From an uncultured Candidatus Rokubacteria bacterium (GTDB lineage Bacteria; Methylomirabilota; Methylomirabilia; Rokubacteriales; DASRDR01), in NCBI GenBank assembly GCA_963708025.1, contig CAVPSB010000011.1, positions 13,749 through 77,748 of the forward strand: a DNA stretch of 64,000 bases. The letters are read 5' to 3'. The notes under the pieces were generated by a model. It saw only the letters and a list, made by a program, of their open reading frames with translations. It searched no databases and was not told the origin of the DNA. The translations under genes were made by a program, and so were the position numbers. The stretch's first letter is position 1, and each line of letters starts with the position of its first letter. Positions 1 to 9,054 of the stretch are shown in pieces.

Positions 1-394
1 GCCGATTCGCCTCGAGCTCGCGGCCGACCTGCCGAGAGTCCACGGCGACCGGGTTCAGCTCCAGCAGGTGGTGCTGAATCTGGTGCTCAATGGCCTCGAA
101 GCCATGCGGGAGTCCGGCGCGGGGGATCGAACCCTCGTCATCCGGACAGCCAGGGACGGCGCGGCCACCGTCGCGGTCGCGGTCCAGGACTCAGGGATCG
201 GGATCGACGAGAAGGAATTGGACCGCCTGTTCCAACCGCTCTACACGACCAAAGCCGAGGGACTGGGCATGGGCCTGGCCATTGCACGCACCATCGTCGC
301 CGCGCACGGCGGCCAGCTGGGCGCCGCGAACAACGTGCACGGCGGGGCGACATTCCATTTCACGTTGCCAGTGGGCACCGACGACACGCGATGA
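1..394 (+). CDS. Sensor histidine kinase, C-terminal HATPase_c domain (5' partial)
   Basis: GDRVQLQQVVLNLVLNGLEAM (N box), VQDSGIGI (G1), YTTKAEGLGMGLAI (F/G2). Confidence 0.93.
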   Translation, partial: PIRLELAADLPRVHGDRVQLQQVVLNLVLNGLEAMRESGAGDRTLVIRTARDGAATVAVAVQDSGIGIDEKELDRLFQPLYTTKAEGLGMGLAIARTIVAAHGGQLGAANNVHGGATFHFTLPVGTDDTR

Positions 395-1017
395 TCGCGG
401 TCGCGCCGATGGTCTTCGTCGTGGACGATGACCCCGCCGTACGGACGAGCCTGACTCGATTGCTTTCGGCGGCCGGGTACGCGGTCGAGGCGTTCGCGTC
501 GGCCCGAGAGTTTCTGGCGCGCGAACGGTACACCGGTCCGTGCTGCCTGGTCCTGGACGTGCGGATGCCCGGTCTGACCGGGCTCGAATTGCAGGAAGCA
601 CTGGCGGCGGCGGGGCACCGGATGTCCATCGTCTTCGTCACCGGCCACATCGACGTCCCGAAGAGCGTCAGAGCCATGAAAGCCGGGGCAGTCGATCTTC
701 TCACCAAGCCGGTCGATGTCAAGGATCTCCTGGCCGCCATTCAGCGGGCCGTGGCGAAGGACGTGGAGGAGCTGGGCGCCGAGGCCCGCGTCGCAGAGAT
801 CCGGGAGCGCGTCAAGACGCTGACCCCGCGCGAGACCGAGGTGTTCGCCCTCGTCGTGACCGGCATGCTGAACAAGCAGATCGCGTTCCAGCTCGGCGTT
901 GTCGAGAAGACGGTCAAGGTGCACCGCGCCAAGGTCATGGAGAAGATGCGGGCGGGATCGGTCGCCGAGCTGGTTCGGCTGGCTGACCGAGTGAGCGTGA
1001 TCGTGCCGAAGTCCTGA
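391..1017 (+). CDS. FixJ/StyR-family response regulator (REC + LuxR HTH)
   Basis: VFVVDDD, LVLDVRMPGLTG, LTPRETEV...LNKQIA...EKTVKVHRAKVMEKM; ATGA overlap with the kinase. Confidence 0.95.
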   Translation: MIAVAPMVFVVDDDPAVRTSLTRLLSAAGYAVEAFASAREFLARERYTGPCCLVLDVRMPGLTGLELQEALAAAGHRMSIVFVTGHIDVPKSVRAMKAGAVDLLTKPVDVKDLLAAIQRAVAKDVEELGAEARVAEIRERVKTLTPRETEVFALVVTGMLNKQIAFQLGVVEKTVKVHRAKVMEKMRAGSVAELVRLADRVSVIVPKS

Positions 1018-1054
1018 TCGCCGCCCACCCTCGCCTCGCCGCTCTCTCTGGACC

Positions 1055-1102
1055 CTATTGGACCAAGGTCCAATAGCTCCCCCGCCGGCCCCCGCCTAGA
1101 GT
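1055..1102 (+). promoter_or_regulatory. Palindromic operator CTATTGGACC-AA-GGTCCAATAG plus -10-like TAGAGT upstream of the SOD gene
   Basis: Perfect 10-bp inverted repeat; a second copy at 3809-3827 has the same 20-bp spacing to a TAGAnT hexamer. Confidence 0.7.
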
Positions 1103-1244
1103 CTTTCCTGAGGCGATCACGCCGTCGGCCTCTGTGGCCGACGCGCCAGTCATCGCCGCCCTCGCGTCGGAGCGAGAAGGGGCCGCTCCGAGCCCGGATG
1201 ACCGACCGCTGAATGGACCGATGAGCTCAAGGAGGTCTCCGACC

Positions 1245-1904
1245 ATGGCGTACAAGGTTCCGCCGTTGCGATTCGCTTACGATGCCCTCGAGCCGTACAT
1301 CGACGCCGAGACGATGGAGCTCCATCACGACAAGCATCACCAGACGTACGTCGACAACCTGAACAAGGCGATCGAGCCGTATCCGCGACTCGCCGATCTC
1401 ACGATCGAGGACCTGCTGCGTCGCCTCGACCAGGTGCCCGAGGCGATCCGGACGGCCGTTCGGAACCATGGTGGCGGCCACGCCAATCATCAGTTCTTCT
1501 GGGAGATCCTCGGGCCGAACGCGGGCGGTTCGCCGAAAGGCGCGATCGGCGATGCCATCAAGAGGGACTTCGGCTCGTTCGAGCGATTTCAGTCTTTCTT
1601 TACCGACGCGGCAGCGAAGCATTTCGGCTCGGGGTGGGCGTTCCTCGTCGTGAACCCACCGATGGACCGGCTCGAGATCATGTCGCTGCCCGACCAGGAC
1701 AGCGTGCTGTTGCACGGCAAGCGGGGGCTCCTCTGCTGCGATGTCTGGGAGCACGCGTACTACCTGAAATACAGGAACAGACGCCCGGACTACCTCCGTG
1801 CCTGGTGGAACGTCGTCGCCTGGGACGTCGTCGACCAGAAGCTGCACGACGCCATGGCCAGGCCACTGCTGCCATTTCCGGAGACAGGACTCGCCCCGCG
1901 TTGA
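1245..1904 (+). CDS. sodA: Superoxide dismutase, Fe/Mn family (Mn-type signature)
   Basis: [55 protein letters not shown]. Confidence 0.93.
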   Translation: MAYKVPPLRFAYDALEPYIDAETMELHHDKHHQTYVDNLNKAIEPYPRLADLTIEDLLRRLDQVPEAIRTAVRNHGGGHANHQFFWEILGPNAGGSPKGAIGDAIKRDFGSFERFQSFFTDAAAKHFGSGWAFLVVNPPMDRLEIMSLPDQDSVLLHGKRGLLCCDVWEHAYYLKYRNRRPDYLRAWWNVVAWDVVDQKLHDAMARPLLPFPETGLAPR

Positions 1905-1938
1905 GCGGGGCGGTACCGGTCAGACGAGGAGGACCACG

Positions 1939-2228
1939 ATGAGAACCAGTGAGACGTTTGTCCTGGGAGCGATCATGGGCGCAGTCGTCGTATGGATCTG
2001 GGGCAAAGAGATCGAGAGCTATGTGGGGGAGAAGACGCGCGGGGTGCGCGCCAAGGCGGCGGAGGGCCTTCGGGCGGTGGAGGAGAGGACCGGGACGGTG
2101 CTGGACCACGGCGGGGATGCCTGCGTCGCGCCGAGGAATTCGTGCAGGACACGAAGGAACACGTCAGCGGGGCTCTCCGAGCAGGGCAGGACACGATTCG
2201 CCCGGCACCATCAACGGGAAGGGCATGA
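1939..2228 (+). CDS. Small membrane-anchored coiled-coil protein (YtxH-like); one frameshift near 2120
   Basis: RBS GAGGAGG; FVLGAIMGAVVVWIW TM helix then amphipathic repeats; continues in the 1992 frame (LRRAEEFVQDTKEHV). Confidence 0.65.
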
Positions 2229-2343
2229 CCCGGGAGTGAAGAAAGGCGACGAAACTGGGCCGACCGATGGCCCCCACTCAGGCATTTCACCCAATGAAGA
2301 CTTGCTGGCTCGCGATAGGTCATGGGGTGCCGGGAGGTGCACT

Positions 2344-2823
2344 GTGGCTGACATCAGAGAGCGGCTCGAGCAGGACCTGAAGACGGCGGTATCCCGACTG
2401 CGCCACCTGGCTGGAGCGGCGGCGATCGAGGAGCTGTCCTGGACGATCCGGGACAGCGGCCCCTTTGCGGACGAGGTGGACGGGATCCAGGCCAACGAGA
2501 GTCGGGAGGTCGGCTTGGCCACGCGCGAACTGTTGATGGAGCGCGTGAATCGTCTGTCGGCGGCGCTCGATCGGATGAGCGAGGGTGCGTACGGCACCTG
2601 CGTGGAGTGTGGCGAAGCGATCTCGGCGGCGCGACTGCACGCCATGCCCGAGGTGCAGACCTGCGTCCGCTGCCAGGACGGCATCGAGCGTCGCGGTCGC
2701 CAGTCCGATCTGAGGAGACGCAGCGTGTTCGCAGTCGGCGAGGACGACACCATGAGCGCGGCGAGTCTCGCATCGGTCCGTGCCGCGAGTGCCGTGACTC
2801 CATGCCCCACGCCGTGCCGCTGA
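2344..2823 (+). CDS. TraR/DksA C4-type zinc finger protein
   Basis: ADEVD acidic tip, ALDRMSEGAYGTCVECGEAISAARLHAMPEVQTCVRCQ; GGAGGT RBS before GTG. Confidence 0.88.
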   Translation: MADIRERLEQDLKTAVSRLRHLAGAAAIEELSWTIRDSGPFADEVDGIQANESREVGLATRELLMERVNRLSAALDRMSEGAYGTCVECGEAISAARLHAMPEVQTCVRCQDGIERRGRQSDLRRRSVFAVGEDDTMSAASLASVRAASAVTPCPTPCR

Positions 2824-3176
2824 TCTCCATCGTGGACGACGACCTCTCCGTCCGGCTGGCGCTCGGTCGATTGGTCGAGTCGGCAGGCTACAGCGCCGAG
2901 ATCTTCGCGTCGGCCCGCGAGTTTCTCGGCTCATTCGCGCTGGGCCGAACGGCATGCCTGGTCCTCGACATCCACCTGGGGGAGATGAGCGGATTCGAGC
3001 TTCAGGAGCGGTTAGCGGCGGACGGTAGCGCCATCCCGATCATCCTCATCACAGCCCATGACGATGGCCCAACGCGCAAGCGCATCGAACGATCCGGCGT
3101 AGCTGCCTCCCTGCTCAAACCGTTGGACAAGCGAGCCTTGCTCGATGCGATCCGGAGGGCAGTCGGGCAGGCGTGA
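2802..3176 (+). CDS. Single-domain response regulator receiver
   Basis: ISIVDDD, LVLDIHLGEMSG, ILITAHD, LLKP. Confidence 0.9.
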   Translation: MPHAVPLISIVDDDLSVRLALGRLVESAGYSAEIFASAREFLGSFALGRTACLVLDIHLGEMSGFELQERLAADGSAIPIILITAHDDGPTRKRIERSGVAASLLKPLDKRALLDAIRRAVGQA

Positions 3177-3245
3177 TGTCCGGAGCCTCCGGAGAGATCG
3201 GCGGCCGCCCGCACAGAACCTTCCGGGCACCAGGAGGTACGGGCG

Positions 3246-3722
3246 ATGACGGTAAACGGAGTCCACGCTCTCAGCCGCCGGTTGGAGGCCCTGGCGCGTA
3301 CGATCACGCGATTCACCGGAAGCGCGATGGGGTTTGCCCTCGCGCTCGGAACCATCGTGGTCTGGGGCCTGACCGGTCCCCTATTTCACTTCTCCGACAC
3401 GTGGCAGCTCGTGATCAACACCGGAACGACCATCGTGACGTTTCTGATCGTCTTTCTCATTCAGCGGTCCCAGAACAAGGACTCGCTGGCCCTCCAGCTC
3501 AAGCTGAACGAGATCGTGGCCGCACTCGACGGAGCGAGCAATCGTCTCGTCAACGTCGAGGATCTCACGGAGGCGGAGCTGGATGTTCTCCACGACCATT
3601 ACGCCCAGCTTGCGACGATGGCCAAGCGGGACGTCGATCTGATGCAGTCTCACTCGGTCGACGAGGCGACGACCCGGCATGAGATGAAGCACGGCCGAAA
3701 GACCAGTGGGCGAGAGTCGTAG
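3246..3722 (+). CDS. Low-affinity iron permease (Fet4-like) family protein
   Basis: FSDTWQLVINTGTTIVTFLIVFLIQRSQNKDSLALQLKLNE signature. Confidence 0.9.
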   Translation: MTVNGVHALSRRLEALARTITRFTGSAMGFALALGTIVVWGLTGPLFHFSDTWQLVINTGTTIVTFLIVFLIQRSQNKDSLALQLKLNEIVAALDGASNRLVNVEDLTEAELDVLHDHYAQLATMAKRDVDLMQSHSVDEATTRHEMKHGRKTSGRES

Positions 3723-3808
3723 GGCGCGCCTCAACCCAGGCGCTGGCTGGCTGGGGCCGGAGGCAACTGGAAGAGCACGACCCGGGAGTGAACTCACGGG
3801 CAATCGGG

Positions 3809-3853
3809 TTGGACGAAGGTCCAATAGCCAGGCCGGATGACGTTGACTAGATT
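3809..3853 (+). promoter_or_regulatory. Second operator copy TTGGACGAAGGTCCAATAG plus -10-like TAGATT
   Basis: 18 of 19 nt identical to 1058-1076; same spacing to the -10-like hexamer. Confidence 0.65.
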
Positions 3854-4103
3854 CTGGGCGAGGGCGCATGACGTGTGACCACTCTCGCACGCGTGGTGGT
3901 GGCCGGACGTCCCGCCATGAATCACAGGAGGAGGTGAACCTAGTGCTGCCATGGGCCGGTGCCATCTCTGGTTCTCCTGAGTGTCCTTCTTCTGTCGCTG
4001 CGCGGCAGGACCTCGAAGGAACCGGCTTGCTGTTCAACCTAGCCCGAGCCCCTTCGGCTCAGACTTGCTATCAACAGAACAGCAGAACGAGGCGAGAAAG
4101 AAC

Positions 4104-4178
4104 ATGAACAACGTCTTCTACATCATCGGAGTCGTGGTTGTCGTGTTCGTCATCCTGGGATACTTCGGGCTCCGTTAG
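4104..4178 (+). CDS. 24-aa single-TM small protein (MNNVFYIIGVVVVVFVILGYFGLR)
   Basis: Hydrophobic helix, typical codon usage, purine-rich upstream region. Confidence 0.65.
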   Translation: MNNVFYIIGVVVVVFVILGYFGLR

Positions 4179-4291
4179 GAATCGGACACCTGTCTCGGGG
4201 GGCGTCCTTTTGTCGACGCATCCGGTAATTGTCGAAGCCGCCCCAGCGAGGTCCTCAAACGCTTGCGGTTGTCAGGGACAGGAGAGACGTG

Positions 4292-4486
4292 ATGAACGAG
4301 TTCGTCGTGGGCGTGGTCGTCCTTGCGTTGCTTGGGAGTGGCGTCTTGGTGGGATGCGAGAAAGGTCCGGCCGAGAAGGTGGGTGAGAAGCTCGACAGGG
4401 CTCTGGACAAGTTGAGCGGGAAGGGACCAATCGAGAAGGCTGGCGAGCGGATCGACAAGGCCGTGGACGAACTCAAGAAGAAGTAG
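4292..4486 (+). CDS. Small lipoprotein with a GPxEKxGExxDxAxD tandem repeat
   Basis: Lipobox LVGC; two internal repeats; RBS AGGAG. Confidence 0.75.
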   Translation: MNEFVVGVVVLALLGSGVLVGCEKGPAEKVGEKLDRALDKLSGKGPIEKAGERIDKAVDELKKK

Positions 4487-4520
4487 AGGCGGCGCGGGCC
4501 GGCTTGCTCCGGAGAGCTGT

Positions 4521-5672
4521 GTGAGCGATACAAAAGAGGTCGGGGACCCCACCACGACGGCCGTGGCGGGTGCGTCATGGTCACAGACGCGGGTCCTCTT
4601 GCGTGTCATCTTCATGGCGCTCGCTGTTGCGGCGACAATGTGGATTCTCTACGTGCTCAGAGGCGTGATCCTGCTCGTCGTGCTGGCGATCTTCTTCGCC
4701 TATCTGCTGGCGCCGCTGGTGGAGCTTTCGTGCCGTCCATTCACTGTGCGGGGGCGTGCGCACGTCATGCCCCGCGCGCTGGCGATCGGTGTGGTGTATC
4801 TCCTCACCTTCGGGTCCCTGGCGATCGGGACCGCCCTCTTGCTCCCCCAAGTTGGCACTCAGATCACCCAGTTCGCACAGGAGGCTCCGATCTACCTCGA
4901 TCTTGCGCGCTCACGGGCGCTCGGGTGGACCACCTCCTATGAGGAGTATCGGCTCCCAGCCGCCGTCCGCGATGCCATCAATAAGAGTGCGACGCGCGCG
5001 GTTGAAACCGCAGGGACGTATGTGACGGAAGGGCTAGGCAACTTCCTCATCCAATTGTTCGGGTTTCTCCCGTGGCTCATCTTGATACCGATCCTCGCCT
5101 TCTTTCTCCTGAAGGATTCGGCCAGCTTTCGCGCGATCGCGTTGCAGACGCTCCCGCGGGGGCGTTGGCACTGGCGCGGCCGCAAGGTCCTTCAGGACAT
5201 CAACGCGACCTTGGCCGTGTACATCCGCGCGCAGTTGATCGCCTGTCTGTTGATCGGCACCGTCTGTACCGTTGGCTTCTATCTCATCGGCGTGCGTTAC
5301 GCACTCGTGCTGGGCATCGTCTCGGGCCTACTCGAATTCATTCCCCTGATCGGGCCGCTCGTCGTCGCGCTGATCGTCACGCTGATCGCCAGCTTCTTCT
5401 CGATCAAGCAGGCCCTCGGCGTGGTCGTGTTCTTGGGTATTGTGCGCATCGTTCACGACTACGTCATCTACCCGCGCATCATCGGACACGGCATGCCTCT
5501 CCATCCGTTCGCGGTGATCGTGGCGATCCTGTGCGGCGCGGCGCTGGCAGGCGTGCCGGGAGTCTTTCTGGCGATTCCGACCGTCGCGATCCTGTCCGTC
5601 GGGTATCGCCACTGGCTGGAACACACAGGCAGTGACGGTCTGGTGGCGGACCTGCTGAAACGACGTGAATAG
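4521..5672 (+). CDS. AI-2E family transporter
   Basis: LAIFFAYLLAPLV, ILAFFLLKD, YIRAQLI, LEFIPLIGP, IYPRIIG..MPLHP, LAIP. Confidence 0.92.
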   Translation: MSDTKEVGDPTTTAVAGASWSQTRVLLRVIFMALAVAATMWILYVLRGVILLVVLAIFFAYLLAPLVELSCRPFTVRGRAHVMPRALAIGVVYLLTFGSLAIGTALLLPQVGTQITQFAQEAPIYLDLARSRALGWTTSYEEYRLPAAVRDAINKSATRAVETAGTYVTEGLGNFLIQLFGFLPWLILIPILAFFLLKDSASFRAIALQTLPRGRWHWRGRKVLQDINATLAVYIRAQLIACLLIGTVCTVGFYLIGVRYALVLGIVSGLLEFIPLIGPLVVALIVTLIASFFSIKQALGVVVFLGIVRIVHDYVIYPRIIGHGMPLHPFAVIVAILCGAALAGVPGVFLAIPTVAILSVGYRHWLEHTGSDGLVADLLKRRE

Positions 5673-5761
5673 ATCGTCGCCGCCCCCGCTTCAGCGGATC
5701 CCGATTCAGAGGGTGTCCGGCCTGGATGCCACCCGCATCGCCCTTTAGGCGGGGCAGGACC

Positions 5762-5935
5762 ATGGCCATGACCACGCAAGGGTCGAGGTCTTGGCCAGAT
5801 CGTGACCAGACCCTTTGGGCCAGAGCGGTGCGCGTGAAGGGATCGCCCCTCGATTTCGCGCTGCGCGTCGTGTCTGGCTTCAACCGGAGCCAGGGGCTCC
5901 TTCTGTCCGGCGCGCTTGCCTAACTACGCGACGAC
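5762..5935 (+). pseudogene. Truncated YihY/BrkB-family membrane protein (N-terminus only)
   Basis: FALRVVSGFNRSQGLLLSGALA(YYA) resembles the YihY N-terminal motif; no continuation before the opposing gene. Confidence 0.6.
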
Positions 5936-5975
5936 GATTCGGTCCCCGCGCGGCCCGCTCAGGTGGCTGTACCGC

Positions 5976-6443
5976 CTACTCGGGTGGGGGCGCGGGCAGT
6001 GTCCCGTAGCGCGCCCGGAGCTGCGCCTCGTACTCCTTGAACCGGCGCTCGGCCTCCTCGTACTGCCGCTGCATCGCTTGTTTCGTCTCCGGCCGATCCT
6101 CCTCGGAGATCCGCCCGAAGATCTCGGCCACGGCACGCCGGAGGCGAACGAGCTCGGCGAGCTCCCAGGGCGGAGGCGGCGTCGTCGCGGCCGGAGTCGC
6201 GACAGCAGGGGCCGGAGCGGGTGCCGGGGCCGGCGACGCGGTGGAACCAGGGGCCTTGGTCGCGGCGATGCCACTCGGCGGCGACGCCTTCGATGCCGGT
6301 CGGTCGGGCGCTGGCGCTCGCGGCGAAAGCTCGACCGTGGGCGCCGGCACCGTGCCTTGCCAGCTGACCCAGATCGCGGCGGGCACACCGACGGCCACGC
6401 CAAGGACGATCACGACCCAGAGAACCGTCTCGATTCCTCGCAT
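5976..6443 (-). CDS. Hypothetical protein: N-terminal TM anchor, Pro/Ala-rich linker, C-terminal helical domain
   Basis: VLWVVIVLGVAVGVPAAIWV; PAPAPAPA linker; charged helix. Confidence 0.7.
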   Translation of the reverse strand: MRGIETVLWVVIVLGVAVGVPAAIWVSWQGTVPAPTVELSPRAPAPDRPASKASPPSGIAATKAPGSTASPAPAPAPAPAVATPAATTPPPPWELAELVRLRRAVAEIFGRISEEDRPETKQAMQRQYEEAERRFKEYEAQLRARYGTLPAPPPE

Positions 6444-6740
6444 GGCCGTCTACTCGAGCTCGAGTTGCGCCTGGGAAGCTGGCGGGACCGGACTCACGCC
6501 GGGCGCCCTCCGGTGTGGAAATGGTCGGACGCTGCGGAAGCGGCGGATGCCGAGGGTGGCGCAGACGTCGTCGTGCCCTCCTCCGATCGCGCCAGGATTA
6601 TACCCTTCCTGGAAGGGGAACCCGCGGCGATTGTCGATGAGTCGAGGGACCGCACCACCTGACCGGAATGGGCAGGCGGGCGCGGGCCAGGGGGCCGGGA
6701 CCGGAGAGCTCGCCGACCCGCGGCCGGTGCCGCGCGGCGA

Positions 6741-7043
6741 TCAGCGAGCCGGGAATCGGGGCTGGAGGGTGCGCGGCTCCTCGACCGCCCTGACCCACGG
6801 CAGGTCGAGCACCGCCCCGAGGGCCGCCGGGGTCACCGCCACCACGATGGCGCCCGCACCGGCGCTCTCGACCTGCACCCCGAGCCCCCGCAGCTCCCGT
6901 TCCGCGTCCTCGGGCGCCGTGGAGTACGCGGGGCGCAGCACGACCGTACGACGCTCGTCGGCCCCTGCTTCCCGGGCCCAGCGGGCGAGCGTCCCGGTCA
7001 TCTTGTCGCGGCCCGGCGTCGTACCCGAGGGCTCCACTGTCAC
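6741..7043 (-). CDS. Stand-alone subtilase prodomain-like (I9 inhibitor-like) protein
   Basis: Collinear similarity to the propeptide of the adjacent S8 protease (LPWVRAVEEPRTLQPR vs CPGIRRAEAPRQLLPR). Confidence 0.7.
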   Translation of the reverse strand: MTVEPSGTTPGRDKMTGTLARWAREAGADERRTVVLRPAYSTAPEDAERELRGLGVQVESAGAGAIVVAVTPAALGAVLDLPWVRAVEEPRTLQPRFPAR

Positions 7044-7109
7044 CCTCAGGCTAGCACGGGAAGCGCGGGCTCCGCGCGCCGGCGACGCCGTCCAGGGACC
7101 GGGTCCCGG

Positions 7110-8909
7110 TCACCCCTGGTAGTCGAGCAGCGCCTGGGCGTCCAGCTTGCCGAACCCGAAGCCCGAGGCCCACACCGGCCCTGTCTGCCCGTCGCGCCGC
7201 GCGGTGATGCGAAGCCGCTGCTGGACCTCCTCGGGCGTGAGCCGCGGCTCGCGCTGGAGCAGCAGGGCCACGACCCCGGCGACGAACGGCGTGGCCATGC
7301 TCGTGCCCTGGATCGTGATGTACTGCCCGGAGGGATGGTGGCGCGGCGTGTAGCGCGGATCCGTCGCCATCTCCGAGCCCGCGGCGAGGGCGGCCGTGAC
7401 GTACTGACCGGGGGCCGCGATGTCCGGCTTGAGGGCGCCGTACCGGGTCGGGCCGAGGCTCGAGAAGGGCGAGAGCTGACCGACGATCAGGCCGTTCGCC
7501 GTGAGCACGCCGCCGGTGACCGGGAACTGCGTGCGGCTCACGAACGAGCCCACCGCCAGGCAGCGCTCCTCGCTCGCCGGCATGCCGAGCGAGTAGCCGT
7601 CGTCGGTGGTCCCGGGGAAGAGGTGGGCCGAGGTGGAGGGGGAGACGGTGCCGCCCCAGGCGTGCACGGCGCCGTGCACCACGGCGTTCGCGTGAAAGCG
7701 GATGTGCCAGGTCTGATTGATCCGTCCCTGGGCGACGAACAGGGTGAGGTTCTGGTCGCGGTTGATCGGGTCCTCCTGCCAGTGGGCCTCGAACAGTCCG
7801 AAGACCGTGGTGACGAGATTGCCATCCGGAGCGTGCTGGACGCCGTCGGGCGTCTCGACGACCACGTCCACCTGATCGCCCCGCGGGACCCAGACGTTGA
7901 CGAACTGGAGATCCGGGTCGGCGATGCGGATCGGGACCACGAGGTCCTGCCCCGCCGTCAGCTGACCGTGCCAGTGGATGCCGTCGCCCCCCTCGTTGCC
8001 GGCAGCGACGACCACGATGCGTCCCGGCCCGGACTCGCGCGCGATGACGTTCTCGATCGCCGAGGTCCCGTCGTGCGGTCCGAGGTGGCCCCCCAGGCTG
8101 AGGCTCACGACCGCCGGGCGATCGCCCGCCAGCTCGAAGACGCGCCGGATGCCCCAGATCGTGTGCGTGTCGAGCAACGGCTCGCTCCGCACCCCCACCA
8201 GCGCCGCCTCCGGCGCCACCCCGTGGAGCGGCCCGCCACTGGCCCGCCCGTTGCCCCCCGCGATGGAGGCGCAGTGGGTGCCGTGACCCTGGGGATCGCC
8301 CTGCGGCACCTGGCCCTGACCGGCCAGGGCGTCGTTGATGGCCTTGGCCGGGAACTCGTCGAAGACCGAGACCTGCTGGCCCTGGGGCTGCCGGGCGTGG
8401 GCGAAGAGCTCGAGCCGGGTGGAGCCGTCGGCGTTCCGGAAGTCCGGATGCCGCCAGTCCAGGCCGGTGTCCACCAGGCCGAGGACCACGCCGGCGCCGG
8501 TCAGGTGGTGGACCGCCACCGCGGCGTCGCTGCCGGTGACCGGCCCCCGCGCCTCGTCGAGGCGGGGCAGGAGCTGCCGCGGCGCCTCCGCGCGGCGGAT
8601 GCCCGGGCAGGCCTGGAGGCGGGGCAAGACGTCGGGCGGCAGCTCCGCCAGGAGCACCTGCTCGCCGTCCGACAGCACGGCGCCGCCTGCCGCGCGGACC
8701 CAGTTGGCGGCCTCGCGCTCGCGCCCGGCCTGGGTGATCAGCTTGAGGCTCACGCGCGGCGGCGTCGGCGGCGGAGGCGCCGCCGCCCGGCGGCGAGCGG
8801 CCAGCGCCTCGAGCGGCACCGGGACCAGGGTGGCATCGGGGGAGGCGGCCTTGATCGCGAGCGAGGACAGGGCGGCGTCCATGATGGTACGGGTCGCTGG
8901 ACGGGTCAT
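7110..8909 (-). CDS. S8 (subtilisin-like) serine peptidase with an inserted beta-sandwich domain; no signal peptide
   Basis: Triad LVDTGLD / HGTHCAS / GTSMATP; oxyanion AAGN; KPDIAAPG; RBS GGAGG. Confidence 0.93.
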   Translation of the reverse strand: MTRPATRTIMDAALSSLAIKAASPDATLVPVPLEALAARRRAAAPPPPTPPRVSLKLITQAGREREAANWVRAAGGAVLSDGEQVLLAELPPDVLPRLQACPGIRRAEAPRQLLPRLDEARGPVTGSDAAVAVHHLTGAGVVLGLVDTGLDWRHPDFRNADGSTRLELFAHARQPQGQQVSVFDEFPAKAINDALAGQGQVPQGDPQGHGTHCASIAGGNGRASGGPLHGVAPEAALVGVRSEPLLDTHTIWGIRRVFELAGDRPAVVSLSLGGHLGPHDGTSAIENVIARESGPGRIVVVAAGNEGGDGIHWHGQLTAGQDLVVPIRIADPDLQFVNVWVPRGDQVDVVVETPDGVQHAPDGNLVTTVFGLFEAHWQEDPINRDQNLTLFVAQGRINQTWHIRFHANAVVHGAVHAWGGTVSPSTSAHLFPGTTDDGYSLGMPASEERCLAVGSFVSRTQFPVTGGVLTANGLIVGQLSPFSSLGPTRYGALKPDIAAPGQYVTAALAAGSEMATDPRYTPRHHPSGQYITIQGTSMATPFVAGVVALLLQREPRLTPEEVQQRLRITARRDGQTGPVWASGFGFGKLDAQALLDYQG

Positions 8910-9054
8910 GCTCCTACCTCCTTCCGGTCACGGCAAACCAGGCGCACGAGGGGCCGCGGCGGCGGTCTCCCACGTGCGCGATGCTCATCGCTCTGACGAT
9001 GAGCCCGTGCGCGGACGGCCGTCAAGCGTCTAACGCGGTTGGACCGCGAGCGGA

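Noticed and set aside
1798-2823. 341-aa ORF as one protein
   Set aside because: Frameshift artefact joining the YtxH-like gene to the DksA/TraR gene, each of which has its own RBS.
3925-4045. Strong RBS (AGGAGGAGGTG) followed by a possible short hydrophobic ORF
   Set aside because: Needs a frameshift to read as a TM peptide and has no recognisable homology; too weak to call.
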